Of a DNA stretch of 64,000 nt, positions 21,575 through 33,529 are shown piece after piece. The DNA is from Paramoeba atlantica. Lineage: Eukaryota; Protista; Discosea. Location of the stretch: contig CDRNVI010000099.1 in the NCBI GenBank assembly GCA_977017575.1, positions 1 through 64,000 on the forward strand. The letters run 5' to 3'. Both the position numbers and the translations under genes were made by a program. The notes beneath the pieces were generated by a model. The model saw nothing but the letters and a program-made list of their open reading frames with translations. It did no database searches and was not told the DNA's origin. How positions within the stretch are numbered: position 1 is the first letter of the stretch; each line of letters starts with the position of its first letter.

Positions 21575-22625
21575 CAACGTGAGTCACTGCCCCACGTGGC
21601 AGTGCTCTGACTCTCTCACGTGCCACTGTAGGTACAGTGCCGATGCAGTCGCTACCTTACGTGGCAGTACTCTCACTCTCTCACGTGCTACTGCAGCTGC
21701 ACTGCATCACTGCAGTCACTGCCTCACGTGGCATTGCCTCTCACTCTGCCACTGTATCTACACTGCAATCACTGCCTCACGTGGCAGTACACTTACTCTC
21801 TCACGTGCCACTGTATCTACACTGCAGTCGCTGCCTCGCGTGACACTACTCTTACTCTCGCACGTGCCATTGCAGCTACACTGCATCACTGCCTCACGTG
21901 GCACTGCTCTCACTCTCGCACGTGCCACTGTAGGTACAGTGCCGATGCAGTAACTGCCTCACGTGGCAGTACTCTCACTCTCTCACGTGCTACTGCAGCT
22001 ACAATGCAGTCACTGCCTCACGTGGCACTAGTCTTACTTTCGCACGTGCCACTGCAGCTAAACTGCATCACTGCCTCACGGGGAACTGCTCTCACTCTCT
22101 CACGTGCCACTGTAGGTACAGTGCCGATGCAGTCACTACCTCACGTGGCAGTACTCTCACTCTCTCACGTGCCACTGCAGCTACACTGCAGTCACTGCCC
22201 CACGTGGCAGTACTCTCACTCTCTCACGTGCTACTGCAGCTGCACTGCATCACTGCAGTCACTGCCTCACGTGGCACTGCCTGTCACTCTGCCACTGTAT
22301 GTACGCTGCAATCACTGCCTCACGTGGTAGTACACTTACTCTCTCACGTGCTACTGCAGCTGGACTGCATCACTGCAGTCACTGCCTCACGTGGCACTAC
22401 TCTTACTCTCTCACGTGCCAGTGCAGCTACACTGCATCACTGCAGTCACTGCCTCACATAGCAGTGCACTTACTCTCTCACGTGCCACTGCAGCTACACT
22501 GCATCACTGCAGTCACTGCCTCACATTGCAGTGCACTTACTTTGGCACGTGCCACTGCAGCTGCACTGCATCACTGTGCAATCACTGCCTCACGTGGCAC
22601 TGCTCTCACTCTCTCAAGGGCCACT
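21575..22625. repeat. Degenerate minisatellite of alternating cactgcctcacgtggcag and ctcacgtgc(c/t)actgcagct modules
   Basis: Dozens of CACGTG and CTGCAG palindromic hexamers with a period of about 55-65 bp. Confidence 0.9.
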
Positions 22626-22810
22626 TTAGCTACACACTGTGCCACTCGGACCTGCACATTATTTTTCTCTCTATATATATACAAAATGCAAACCGTGTTT
22701 TTGGTGGCCAGCTGGCCACTTTTTTCAAGAAAAAAAAATCTGAAAAAAAAAATCGTTCCGAATTTGTTTTTTTCGCGATTTTGAGCATATAATTTTTTTT
22801 GTTCAAAAAT

Positions 22811-22880
22811 GTCGATGCCGGGAATCGAACCGCGGACATCCAGCGTCAAAATGGAACCCCTTTACCAACTGGACTACTCA
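22811..22880 (-). pseudogene. tRNA-like pseudogene or SINE head
   Basis: Minus strand reads tagtccagttggtaaag ... ggttcgattcccggcatcgac followed by a T5 run. The acceptor and T stems do not pair properly. The 3' end (ggttcgattccc..atcgaca) resembles that at ~4390-4410. Confidence 0.5.
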
Positions 22881-23918
22881 AAGGACTCTCCTTAGTCAAC
22901 CAGTTTGTCGTATCGCAGACCTTTGCAGACGCACTTTTTTTTACCAAAAGTGTTCTACAATTTGGGAAATGAGGTCGTTGTAGATAATTTTTCGAGTATT
23001 AAAGAGTTCATCTAATGAGTTACTGCTACGTTTTAAAATTTTGAAAAAACTCGATCTCTCACTTCTTTGAGGGGCATTTTCAAGTTTTGGAATTAACCTT
23101 AGTAAGCGAGTTAGATACTCCGTATCTCCCTCAATAAATTATTACTTACTAAACTATTATTTATAATATGTAAGGAAAAAAAAAGGTGTTGCTGAAAAGT
23201 GAAAGGGGGCTGAAAAGTGACCCCCCACATTTTGTTTCGTACAAATGTCCCTTTGAGCTGATTTTTGTGGTATTTTGCAGGTCTTATCATAGGAACTTTG
23301 CGCGCTTTTTAGCGGGCCGCAACAGAGAACACAGATTAATTATAACGTTGTCGATCACATTTTGAGAGATATCGGCGAGCTTGTGCCGAATATACAGACC
23401 CCCTGATCCCCCGCTTTAATACGGAATTTTTCGATGTTTTTGGATAGAAATTGGTGGAAGTACACCATCAATTTCCGAATCAATTGGTGGAAGTATACGG
23501 GGAATTTAAGGATTGGAAAAAAACACCCTTTTTTTCTTTTTTTTCGAATTCCATTGTTCAAGAGCACGACCCAAATTGTCACCCTCAAGTCGAGTTATGG
23601 AGTTGATGCTGATGCTTCGAGCATCATTATACATGCATGAACCTCAACCTACCTAGGAAGGAGGAGCCTACGCCTGACGCAGGTAAATGGGCTGTACCAA
23701 CAACTCCTTATGGAGTGCTGATATCGAGGGCCAGGAAATGCCAAACTCTGTATATATACAGAAGATACATAGATATAAACCCCGCGTCTTTGAAAAGTGA
23801 CCCCCCACTTTTTTTTCGTACAAGCGTCCGTTTGAGCTGACTTTTGTTGCATTTTGAAGATCTCAACGCAAAGAGTTTGCGCGTGAAGAAACGAAACAAA
23901 AAGAAGCGAATACGTATA

Positions 23919-24228
23919 CTATCCCCCCCTATTTAATAGGGCTACGTGTGACCCCCCTTTAATAGGGCCATTTTGTCTGGAAAGCCAAAAAAGCTTTAAG
24001 GAAAGGTGCCAAAAAAATGCCGAATCCGACGCGAAGCGGCGGATTTTTTTTTTGTATGTACCCCAACAACCAAAAGTGTATAAAGAGGGAGTAGGACCTT
24101 GTTTCACAACGATAAAAAAGGCGCCGCGAAGCGACGCCGATTTTTTCTTTCACATTATTATCCATGTTCCCCCCCTTTAATAGGGCCTTTTGCCCAAAAT
24201 CAGAGTCCTATTAAATAGGGGGGGATAG
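23919..24228. mobile_element. Tc1/mariner-type MITE
   Basis: TA|ctatccccccctatttaatagg ... cctattaaatagggggggatag|TA. Confidence 0.8.
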
Positions 24229-24434
24229 TATTTTAGAGAAGAATTACCATTTTTTCACTTTTTCGTCTTTCAATCTTATACACTCCTTAAGGCGTGAGTC
24301 AAAACTTAAGACCGTTTTGTCGATCACATTTTGAGATAAACAAGACCACGTTTTGAGTACACATCGGATGAGTGAAGGCTTATCCGATGGGGTATGTTCG
24401 TCCACTACCCCTTAAACCATAGACCAGATGTTTT

Positions 24435-24635
24435 CTATTGAGAAAGATCTGGTGAGTCGGCGGACCAATTTTTTAGAAGTTCACTCATTGTGCTTTTAAT
24501 GTACTCTTTGGAGGCACGGGTAGTGTTTGACGTTGCCCCCTCTTGTTGAAATATATGATGAGGGGGGTCCACCTCGCTTAATGCTTTTACGTACGTCATA
24601 CTCGTAATACATGTTTCATCTTGTAGAAAAATCAA
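24435..24635 (-). pseudogene. Tc1/mariner (IS630-Tc1) transposase fragment
   Basis: IFQQEGATSNT...NWSADSPDLS matches the FQQDNAxxH...WPxxSPDLNPIE consensus. Confidence 0.7.
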
Positions 24636-25321
24636 ATACCTCCGCCCTACCCCAATAGCCCCCCAAGCTTAGTACCTTGGACCCCAAGGTACTTTTTGAC
24701 GCGTGGCTGCTTTTTGACCGCGCCTTACCCACATATTTCTTGTGCTATCTCGGTGTCTCATGCTATCTTCTTTCGGTGTCTCATGCTATCTATGTCTTGT
24801 GCTATCTCGGTGTATCTCGGTGTATCATCTGCAAAGGAACATTCCCACTATCAGTAACCCCCCCTCTTGGTGATGATTTAGCCAACGTGATGATTTAGGC
24901 ATCTTTGAAAAAAAAGGTTGAAAAATCAATTTTATTTTCTTGATATTTTTTTGTGTTTTTAATTGAGCAAAAAACAGCGGGAACGTACAGAGCTCAAAAT
25001 TTTGAACGAAAAAATAGTATGACAACCCTGCCATGCTCTTTCGTGCGAAAAATAAGGGGGGGTCACTTATTGGTGACGCGGGGTTTAAACCTAGGGACAC
25101 GAATAAGTCACCCCCCCCCCCCCTTACTTTTTGCATGAAGGGGCCTAAGGGGTTTATGACACCACGAATATGTTGTTTTGGTGTACACCCCCTAGGCCCA
25201 CCGGAAACCTACCCTCCCCCCCGCCCTATCTTATTTTGAAATATCGTATCATGAAATTTTCATTTTCAAAACATACAATGAAATACACGCATTATACGAC
25301 GCATTGTAGAATCACTTAAAG

Positions 25322-27956
25322 TTACGAATCAATAATATTATCGGTTTCAACTTCAGAATGCAAACACTCAGATGTGCACGTGTTATCTTCAGTATAGTAG
25401 CTTCTGGTTTCTCCCTTTTGCGTATTGCACTGCTCAATAGGTTTTATCGACTTATCCAAATAAGGTAAATATGACATGTTTCCTCGTAAAAACATTTGAT
25501 TGGCGACTGTACATGTTCCAATACTGGCTTGTCGACTACTGTACTTGTTACTTAACACTGAAAGCCACGAATCGCATTGCGTTACTACAGAAGGAAGCGA
25601 AATCCAATGTTTCGCTGCCCGATACACTTCCGGTAACATTGTCCGCCCGATGTCCTCCCACCGCACGTGCTCGTTCGTGTGCTTGACGGGACTTATGTGA
25701 TAATTAGCGGCGGTAACAAAAGCATTCCAAGCAATCTCAGTAATACCGAACAAATCTTCACTCTCATCTCGGAAAAATAGGTTGTTGGCGCGATGCACTG
25801 ATATCAGTCGAGCCTATCCTATCCTATCCTATCCTAAAACACTGGTTATTAAAACCAGTTAAGAAAACAACCTTTTCTTACGTTGTAACTACTTTGGATC
25901 CTTAGAAGTTTCATCCTTATCCCCCCCAGATTCTTCCATTACCTGTTGAAGTTCTTTTTTGGTCCCTTTATACTGCTTCTTTTTGACTTTATGAGTATTA
26001 CTGGAACCTAAGTACTCATTCTCTTCCGAAGGGAGTTCCACGGAACTTACACCTACCTTGAGAGGCGGTGTACCATCCTCAACCGCAAACCGCTTAGCTA
26101 CAGACAACGTTTTAGCCTCACCAGACAATTTAACCTCACCAGACATTCAGACGAGCACATTCCGCAACCGATTTAGATACGCGTTCGTTTTCTAGTTCTC
26201 GGTGCAGGTATTCCATAACAGTGCGCATTTCTTTAACAAGAAAAGAGATAGAAACAAATTTGCCCAGCACTCACCGAGTGACGCCACCTAGTTTGGGGGT
26301 TTCTACGGCCCTATTGGCTCGTGAAATGTTCAAAGCTTCGGAAATCTGAGCTCCATGTTTAATAAGAATTTCGTGCTTTTCCTTCGTATCCTCTGCATTA
26401 TCAAGTTCACTTAATAGTAAATCCGCGCTCTCTCCCACAACGGGCTTCAGGACGTAAAGTGCTTCCCGAATTCGGGATTCGAGATTAAGTATCCAAGAAT
26501 TGGGCGCCTCTTCCATTCCGAGGGCCCCATAAGATTGCATGAAAAAAAATTCAGCGTCGACTACTCGCTTCTCAAACTTCGCAAGCTGGACGCCTAAGGC
26601 GACGCCCCTGTACTTGCCTTGCTTTGCACTAGTTTGTGCTCCGGAGTAGAATGCGTTGCAGAAGGAACGCTTAAGTCGAAAAATAGGCTTGTTTTCGTAA
26701 TCCTTTAATGTCTGTTTCGCATTGTTGTTAAGCACGTGTCCTACGCAGCTCAACAAAGTTATCTTAGGCAGCCTCTCTCGTACCCCGAGTTGAATGTTGA
26801 TGCGATCGGTGGAACCGATGTCTTGAATTCTCCCATAAAACTCAGCTAAATTCCCCATGTATTCTTCGCATTCAATGCGAGCAACGTGATTCACAGTTGA
26901 GCCATCGACTTGTAAAAATCGTAGCTTGAAGATGCAATCTTCGTGAAGCACTCCGGCCAAAGAATTTATGAGAGTATGTGCTGCTTCTTTCCCGTCAAAG
27001 GCACCGTGTTTTCTACTATACATTGGAGGTAGTAGAAACCGTGCACTCCCAACGTACAACACTCCGATCAGAACATACTCATGCAGTACGCGGTCAATTT
27101 CCGCATCGAGAGCAATTCCGAAGAAGCATTCAGAATCAACCTTCGATCTTATATGGGCCCACAGCTCATCAGTCAACTCTGCTTCCCATTCATGCAATTT
27201 TGTTGAGTGGTTCGGAAGCCGTGGCGCAATAACATGCGGTGGAAGTTTCGGACGGAAATCTTCATATGCTCGCAGTAACCACATGGCCCTTGAGGCAGAC
27301 AAATTGGTGGAGGACAGCAAACACGGTAAAACCTTTCTAGTAAAGACGCTCACAGAATCAATATTTTCTTGATTTATCGATTCTTCAGGCCCTTTGCATT
27401 CGACGCGATGTTTGTAGTATACATTGTTGGAGGGGGAATGCGAGAACGAACAATGTTTACATTGAAGGTGTGCTCTGTTCCCGAAACTATTCCTGAGGAC
27501 CTCATCAGTATTGCGCTGAGCATAGGCCTTGTATTTTTCATTGCGGGAGCTGTCAGGAGATCCACAACATTGCTCTAGCTTGAAATGTTCAGGCAAATTT
27601 TTTTCCGACATTCGATGTCGTGACCTTCGTTCTGGTGTAGGAATGGTGCAATTTGAAATTCTCTGCTTTACGGGGGTTGGCTGCGGAGCTCCTATTGCAA
27701 TGCGAAGAGACGTGCGTTCTTCGCTCCGCTCCGAGACACTCAGACCCGCGGCTGATGAATTTCCTGCTGTAGACTCATTCTCCTCCGTTGGCTGTGAATT
27801 CGTCTGAGTGTGTCCGCGTCTGCTTACGCGAGATCGCTTTCTCATAAAGCAAAAAGAGAAATGAAAGTCAGGAAAGAATGTAATCAGATGAAACACTATA
27901 ATAAATTTGACTAGTTTCGTTTGGTAAGTACATATAATTATTTTTTTGCTGTGCAC
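25322..27956 (-). pseudogene. Divergent hAT-like transposase, broken by a stop and frameshifts
   Basis: BED-like CKHC..H..C; FGIALDAE and LQVDGSTVN (DDE aspartates); SCVGHVLN (CxxH); GGVTR followed by TGA where W is expected. A dimerisation-domain-like segment LPSVVTQCDSWLS...RQ...QMFLRGN lies in 25322-25798. Confidence 0.7.
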
Positions 27957-28284
27957 CTGTTACGAAACGGGTTACCAAAAAAGTGTGTAAGTGGCTAACT
28001 TACACGTGTACGTACACACTTACACGCGGAAGGTATGTATTAAATTAATACGAATGATACACATCAAAAGAGTGAGTTGCTACATCAATATTGCCACATC
28101 AAAAGAGTGAGTTGCCCCAGGAGAAAAGGCCGTCCCCACGCAAAAAATGCGTTGGGCGCGCAAATGTCACGTGTAGGGTGCCATTGGAGTTGGATGGTGT
28201 TGCGTTGCGGTGCTAATATCCAACGTTTCAATCACAAGTGAAACTTGTGTAGAAATGTTAAGTAATGTTCCTTTTTCCCGCAAA

Positions 28285-28590
28285 TTTATTTTTCAGCAAG
28301 ATGGGATGGGTTCACGCACAACGAAAAGTACGAAACCCTATTTCTTTACTTCAAACAATTAATACCAAATTGGCCGGCAGGTTCTCCTGACCTTAATCCT
28401 ATTGAGAACGTGTGGGAAATGATTCAGCAACGCGTAAATGAAATGAATCCGTCTTGTACTACACGTCTTGTACCTCTCTAACTAAGTGTGTAAAAAACCT
28501 TTAATAATATTCTTGAATTTGAGCTTGACCGTACTGTTTTAAGTTTCGACAGATGCCTGAAACTATGCAAAAAAAATGGTGGCTAAAAAG
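28285..28590 (+). pseudogene. Tc1/mariner transposase C-terminal fragment
   Basis: FIFQQDG..., NWPAGSPDLNPIENVWEMIQQRV, and a terminal CKKNGG*, with frameshifts between them. Confidence 0.75.
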
Positions 28591-29643
28591 TACAAAAGTA
28601 GTAATACTAAATTCACATTTTATTGGTTCCCAGTTTTATTCTCTATATGATATGCGCAAACAAGTGTCACCGAGATCTGCAAAATGCAATAAAAATTAGC
28701 CCAAACGAAGAATTTACCCAAATTTTAGAGGGGGGTGACTTATCGTGTCCCTAGGGTTATAACCCAGGGAAAAGTGGACGAGGAAGATACCAATAGTTTA
28801 GGTGCGGCAATTTCCAAAGGAAAAACGGCATCTCTACCTTTTTAGGCGCTTGCCTTCATGCCATAAGGGAGAGAGTGTGCCTTGCGTGACACACACTTCA
28901 AGTTGAAAAAAGCATATGTGGCAAATTGTTTGCAAATCGCTTCCGAAGAAGGGGGTCTCGAGTGGTCCAAAAGGTTCGTTTTTTCCCTAAAACTATCTAT
29001 TTATGGTGCTGCCTTTGGTTCTTTGCGTAAAAAACTTTTTTCGGATTTTTTTTTTCGGGACAAATTTCGGGCGAAATTTCGTGCCAGATTTATTGATATA
29101 GGGTAGCGAGGGAGTAGTATCTCCCTCAATAGAAGAAAAAAATATAGGGGGCTCCGGTGGTCCAAAACTGAAAAAGAAAATTAAAAAACATGGGGGGTCC
29201 AGGGGAGGCATACGTCGCGATTTTGTTTTCAAAATCGAGCGCAGGAGCATGCCGCGGCGATAATTTTCCACCCCCCCCACCTGGGGGTGACCCCCCCGGT
29301 ATGCGCAGGAGGGGTCCGACAAGTTCAAAAATTCCGAAACTTTTTGGGGTGACCAAAAAAAGTAAGAATATGATTTTTCAAAAATCGACTCCTAAGACGT
29401 ATTTTAAGAGTAAGGACGTCAGCTACCATTCCACGACGTTTTTTTCGACAGATGCGCCTCCCACCCCTACCGGAAAGGCATCGAATATCGCCCACAACGA
29501 GGCGAGCTAGAATCTTGCTACGGTTGAAATGGGATTATGGTTTGGATGGGTGTGGGACTCAAACACGGTTTCCATCTCCACATTTTCCTTCCCGCGATTC
29601 AGAAGTCCAGAAATTCACTTGAAACTAACAACATCCAAGCAAT

Positions 29644-30570
29644 CTAAAAATCAACATCCAGGTTTCGAATACACGTATTGTAGTACTTGAATCCATCACG
29701 CAAGCGAAGTGGTAATTCGTCTTCGTGGAATTTGCCGTGAAGCTCCTTGTTCTCAAATAACCACAAATACTCCATGTTCGTTGGGAGACAATCAAAGGCA
29801 ACTGAACCACAAAATTGATTCTTCTGTAAGTATAATTGTTCTAGTGCAGATGACAAATTTCTTAGATCCGGAGTTCCTGTAAACTGATTGCGACCCAAGG
29901 AAATATGTTTCTGATGCGGAGCTAATTGTGTCAGATCCAGCTCGCCATATAACGCGTTTTCGTGAATCGAAAACTCATCCAGGGGTTCCGGCAGACAGGT
30001 GAGATCAAGCCTTCCTGTAAAATCGTTCCTGTGCAACACAAGCTGAACTAATTGTCGAGGAAGATCTTGTAGATGCAACTCCTCTGTGAGCACATTATTG
30101 TGAAGGTCCAAGCACGTCAAATTCCGAGGCACGACGTCGAGCGGCAGTTTTCCCCCGAGTCGGTTGCTGTTCGCAAAAAAGCCTATAAGTGTCTGTGGCA
30201 AATATTCCCATTGCGGCGTACCACATAGTTTTCGGTTATCCCACATGATAGCGATGATTTTATCGGTACCAGCGCACCCCACACCTTTCCACTCACACGC
30301 AGGCAATGATGGATTTCCAAATACGGAAGGTCCAGATTCCATGCCAGAGGTAATGTTTGTAAGAAATCGAGCTAACTCATACTCCTGTGGCAGGGTAGCG
30401 CCTCGTACTTTGGATGCACGCGAGGGGTACATGGCAGTGTCTGAAGCAGATTGCTTTTGCCGCTTGCATGGCGGTTCATTAGCATCGGACATAACTATCG
30501 TAAATTTCATAAAGGGAAAATATAAAAGGAGGCGCAGCATGACATGCAATGTACAGTAATATACCGTCAC
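29644..30570 (-). CDS. Small LRR protein (family member 1); true start probably a downstream Met
   Basis: PPCKRQK, KVRGATLPQEYEL, LRR N-cap PACEWKGVGC, seven LxxLxLxxNxLxG repeats. Confidence 0.85.
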   Translation of the reverse strand: MTVYYCTLHVMLRLLLYFPFMKFTIVMSDANEPPCKRQKQSASDTAMYPSRASKVRGATLPQEYELARFLTNITSGMESGPSVFGNPSLPACEWKGVGCAGTDKIIAIMWDNRKLCGTPQWEYLPQTLIGFFANSNRLGGKLPLDVVPRNLTCLDLHNNVLTEELHLQDLPRQLVQLVLHRNDFTGRLDLTCLPEPLDEFSIHENALYGELDLTQLAPHQKHISLGRNQFTGTPDLRNLSSALEQLYLQKNQFCGSVAFDCLPTNMEYLWLFENKELHGKFHEDELPLRLRDGFKYYNTCIRNLDVDF

Positions 30571-31267
30571 CGCCCCCTTATTTGGCGCCCACTTTGTGGT
30601 GAAGTAAGGGGGCGGTGAAGTTAACGGGGTGGATATGTTGCGTGAGGGGTGAGTGATTCAAAGTTCGATAAATTTATAGTTTTCTCGAGAATTCTCAAAG
30701 TATTGAAGAATACTATGCTATCGACATTGATCATAATTTTCTTTTCTCGCGTGTGCTCTGTGAGAGGATCATAGTTGCCCACCAGGTGCATAACAGAATC
30801 TATTCCTTTTCTACGCCTTTGTATTATTAGAACAGGATCTTTTCTGGGTCACTAAATTCATAAAAAAGCAGTTTTTTCGAACGAGTGAAAGAGTAAATGT
30901 TGTACTTCGAAATATCAAGGTTTTTTAGAAGTTTTTAAAGAAATTAAAAATGCGGGAAACGCATTATCACATGACGCGTAACTTTGCGAAAGCTTTCGAA
31001 TGCGGTGCTACTTTCTAAAATTGGGCAAGTTTTTTAAAACTGCAGTTTTCTAAAATTTAGACCCCCCTATATTTTCGTGCACCCCCTATATGTTCGGCAC
31101 GGTATATAATATACCGTTATAGAAGGCATAGAAGATACCTCTTTACGGGGTGTTTGGCGTTACAGCCAGGTAGATCTGAGTGAGATTACGTAACCTTATG
31201 GGTTATTAGTTTATCAAGAATTATTGATATTTATTGTTAACTTGCATTTAGTAGACTACACGTACTG

Positions 31268-32127
31268 ATGGTACGACAAAGAACACAGCACATACAAGAC
31301 TCAGAAATTCGAGAAGGATACGAATGGTACCTTTCTCTCGACGTGCACCGCCACCTTGCTCAGCTTTCAGTTACGAGACAAACTGCTGCGAGACGAGAAT
31401 GTTACTTCGCAAGGCTGCAGGTCCACGGCGTGTTTAATATACTTGAGGAACAATCTTTAGCCTTGTGCGCAAGTCTAGCGCGTTTCTATCGTGCCTCAAC
31501 ATTAGAATCATTTCGTGCCGCCCTCTTGTGGTGCTAGGTAGAAGATATGCCCATAGAAGCATGCTGGACGCAATCTATTCGGTTCCGTAGACGATTTAGA
31601 GGTGCATGAAGCTTTGTTTGGATCCCGTGCCCCGGGGATCTGTAACGTTCAGTCAGTTGCGAACATTAACAAGTCGCTGCTCTGAGCGAGGAGAAATAGA
31701 CTATGCCAGAGGTTTTATCGTCGCCTTTTACGGTTTGCTGCGACATAGCGAAATCACTTCCTTAAGACGAAGCGATATAGAGGTTAGTCACACGGAGGCT
31801 TTGTTGCGCATCCGCGGGGGTAAAGAGAGGAGAAACAATGTCGTAGATATAGTTGAAGTCCCAGAAGCTCACGATCTATTGGTCTACCTAAAGACATCGA
31901 GCAGCCACGAGTTACTCTTTCCTGGGTGGCAGAAGAAAAAGGCCAACATATTAATAAGCGATGAAGCGAGAAACCTACAATGGAATGTTCACCAGACTTG
32001 GTCTTTCCACTCACTGCGCCATGGAGGTGCCGGACACCTTACTAGACAAGGAGTAGCTCTTTCAACTCGTCTCCGACGAGGACGCTGGATGTCTGAGCAA
32101 TCAGTATCTAATTATTCTATGGTATAG
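31268..32127 (+). pseudogene. Tyrosine recombinase of a DIRS-order (VIPER/TATE-like) retroelement
   Basis: Catalytic residues are all in 31606-32127: GLLRHSE (R), GGKE (K), HSLRHG (H-x-x-R), GRW, SNY (Y). The N-terminal part has a TAG at 31535 and a frameshift at ~31606. Confidence 0.8.
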
Positions 32128-32335
32128 CACAAGTATAGCACTCTAGTGCAGTGTACATACAGTATAGTTCTAAAAATTCACTTATCTCCACAATAGACTA
32201 AAGCGTAATATTTACACTGCGGGCAAACCGACACTACGCGTCGGATTCTTCACTCGCTGTCAGTATTTCAAGAACAAAACCTTATCATTTCGAGCTTGTA
32301 CTTTTGTATTACCTCTTATTTCGCTCGCTCTACTC

Positions 32336-33077
32336 ATGCAAATGGATTCTCTTCTAGTCTCTGACAAGTCAGACCGTCCTGTCGAACCGGAATACTTTCT
32401 CCCTCCCTGCGATATCAGGCGGGGCCGTGGAGCGTACGCCACGGATAATGATGTTTTACGTCCGCTTGTGAACGTGGCCGGAATGAAACTTTGTTCTTCA
32501 CTTTTTGAACATGCTCCTTTCGCGAAACGAGCGTTGGAACTTCTAAGCAAGGACCCATTTATGTCTAATTATGAAGAAAGAAAATTAGAAGAGACACCAA
32601 ACTCAGAGCGCTTCAGGTCGCATATACAAACGTTAGAGAATGCAAAATTTCTAGTGCCCGCCTCGTGGGAAGTGCCCCACGCTATAGGAAATTATATGGC
32701 CGTACTCAAGGACCAAACTTACGCTGGAGCCATATTCGACTTGCGATGGACGAACGAGGGGATCACCGTTGACGATTTAGCATTTCATACCTTTGGCACC
32801 AGCGAACTGGTGAGAGCTCTCATTCAATTAAGTAATACTGCCCAATCAAAAATTAGATTTCTCCACGGGGACATAAAGAATATGTATTATCAAATACCCA
32901 TCTCAGCGGCACTTAGTTATGCATGCTGTATTAGGCAAGGAAAAAGATTATTACGCCGTACAGTACTTCCTATGGGCTACAAACATGCCTGTAGCATTAC
33001 ACAGAGCCTCATGTGGGTTGTTTTGTCTTACTACGAATCGAGCGATGTAGTCTTGACCGGGGTGCAAGAAATAAATA
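32336..33077 (+). pseudogene. Reverse transcriptase of the same YR retroelement, truncated before the YxDD motif
   Basis: GAIFDLRWTN, HGDIKNMYYQIP, VLPMGYKH. The ORF runs into a MITE at 33078. Confidence 0.8.
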
Positions 33078-33405
33078 CTGTACCCCCCGTTTATAATAGC
33101 CTCGCTTTGGCCCAAATGAACCTATAAAGGGGGGGGGTGCGATTAAAAGATGGCACAGAAATCGCCCTACATTTTGTAGCGAGGATCAAGGAATTATTCA
33201 ATCGCTAAGTGGGCCCCAGCGATCTGCCAAAGTAAAATGACCAGCACGACCCCGCGCCATACCTCGAGGAACCATCTGAAAACAAATATCTAAATATTTG
33301 TGACGGCGCAAGAAATTAAAAGAAAATCTTCATCGGTTTGCCCAAAAAAAAAGAACCTATAAAGAGGGGGAGGGGTCGAGGTTATTATAAACGGGGGGGT
33401 TACAG
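33078..33405. mobile_element. Tc1/mariner-type MITE that truncates the RT
   Basis: TA|ctgtaccccccgtttataata ... tattataaacgggggggttacag|TA. Confidence 0.8.
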
Positions 33406-33529
33406 TAATATTGAAAAAAAACGATATTTTACTATACTGTAGTCTCCGCGAACATTGTAAAGAATTTACTTTCGTGAAGGGGAGGGGAAGGTATGACCAA
33501 CAGTATGAACGTTTGATAACTTGATAAAC

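Larger units (their letters stand above)
20259..22722. repeat. ~60-bp direct repeats bracketing both minisatellites
   Basis: tatatacaaaatgcaaaccgtgtttttggtggccagctggccacttt at ~20273-20319 and ~22675-22721. Confidence 0.85.
10620..29127 (-). mobile_element. Helitron2/Helentron-type element; the 5' end is either 29127 (18.5 kb) or 23132 (12.5 kb)
   Basis: 11-bp asymmetric TIR: gagggagatac at 10637-10647, 17 nt inside one end; gtatctccctc flush with the other end at 29117-29127 or 23122-23132. Each of these forms a terminal hairpin and abuts AA (TT on the coding strand). The RepHel ORF lies inside. Confidence 0.6.

Noticed and set aside
20087-21582. Four long ORFs (357-471 aa) over the 27-bp array
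   Set aside because: The 27-bp unit has no stop codon in any frame, so these ORFs follow from the repeat itself; there is no sign of coding.
21579-22792. Cys/His/Leu-rich ORFs in the CACGTG minisatellite
   Set aside because: Low-complexity translations of a non-coding repeat in several overlapping frames.
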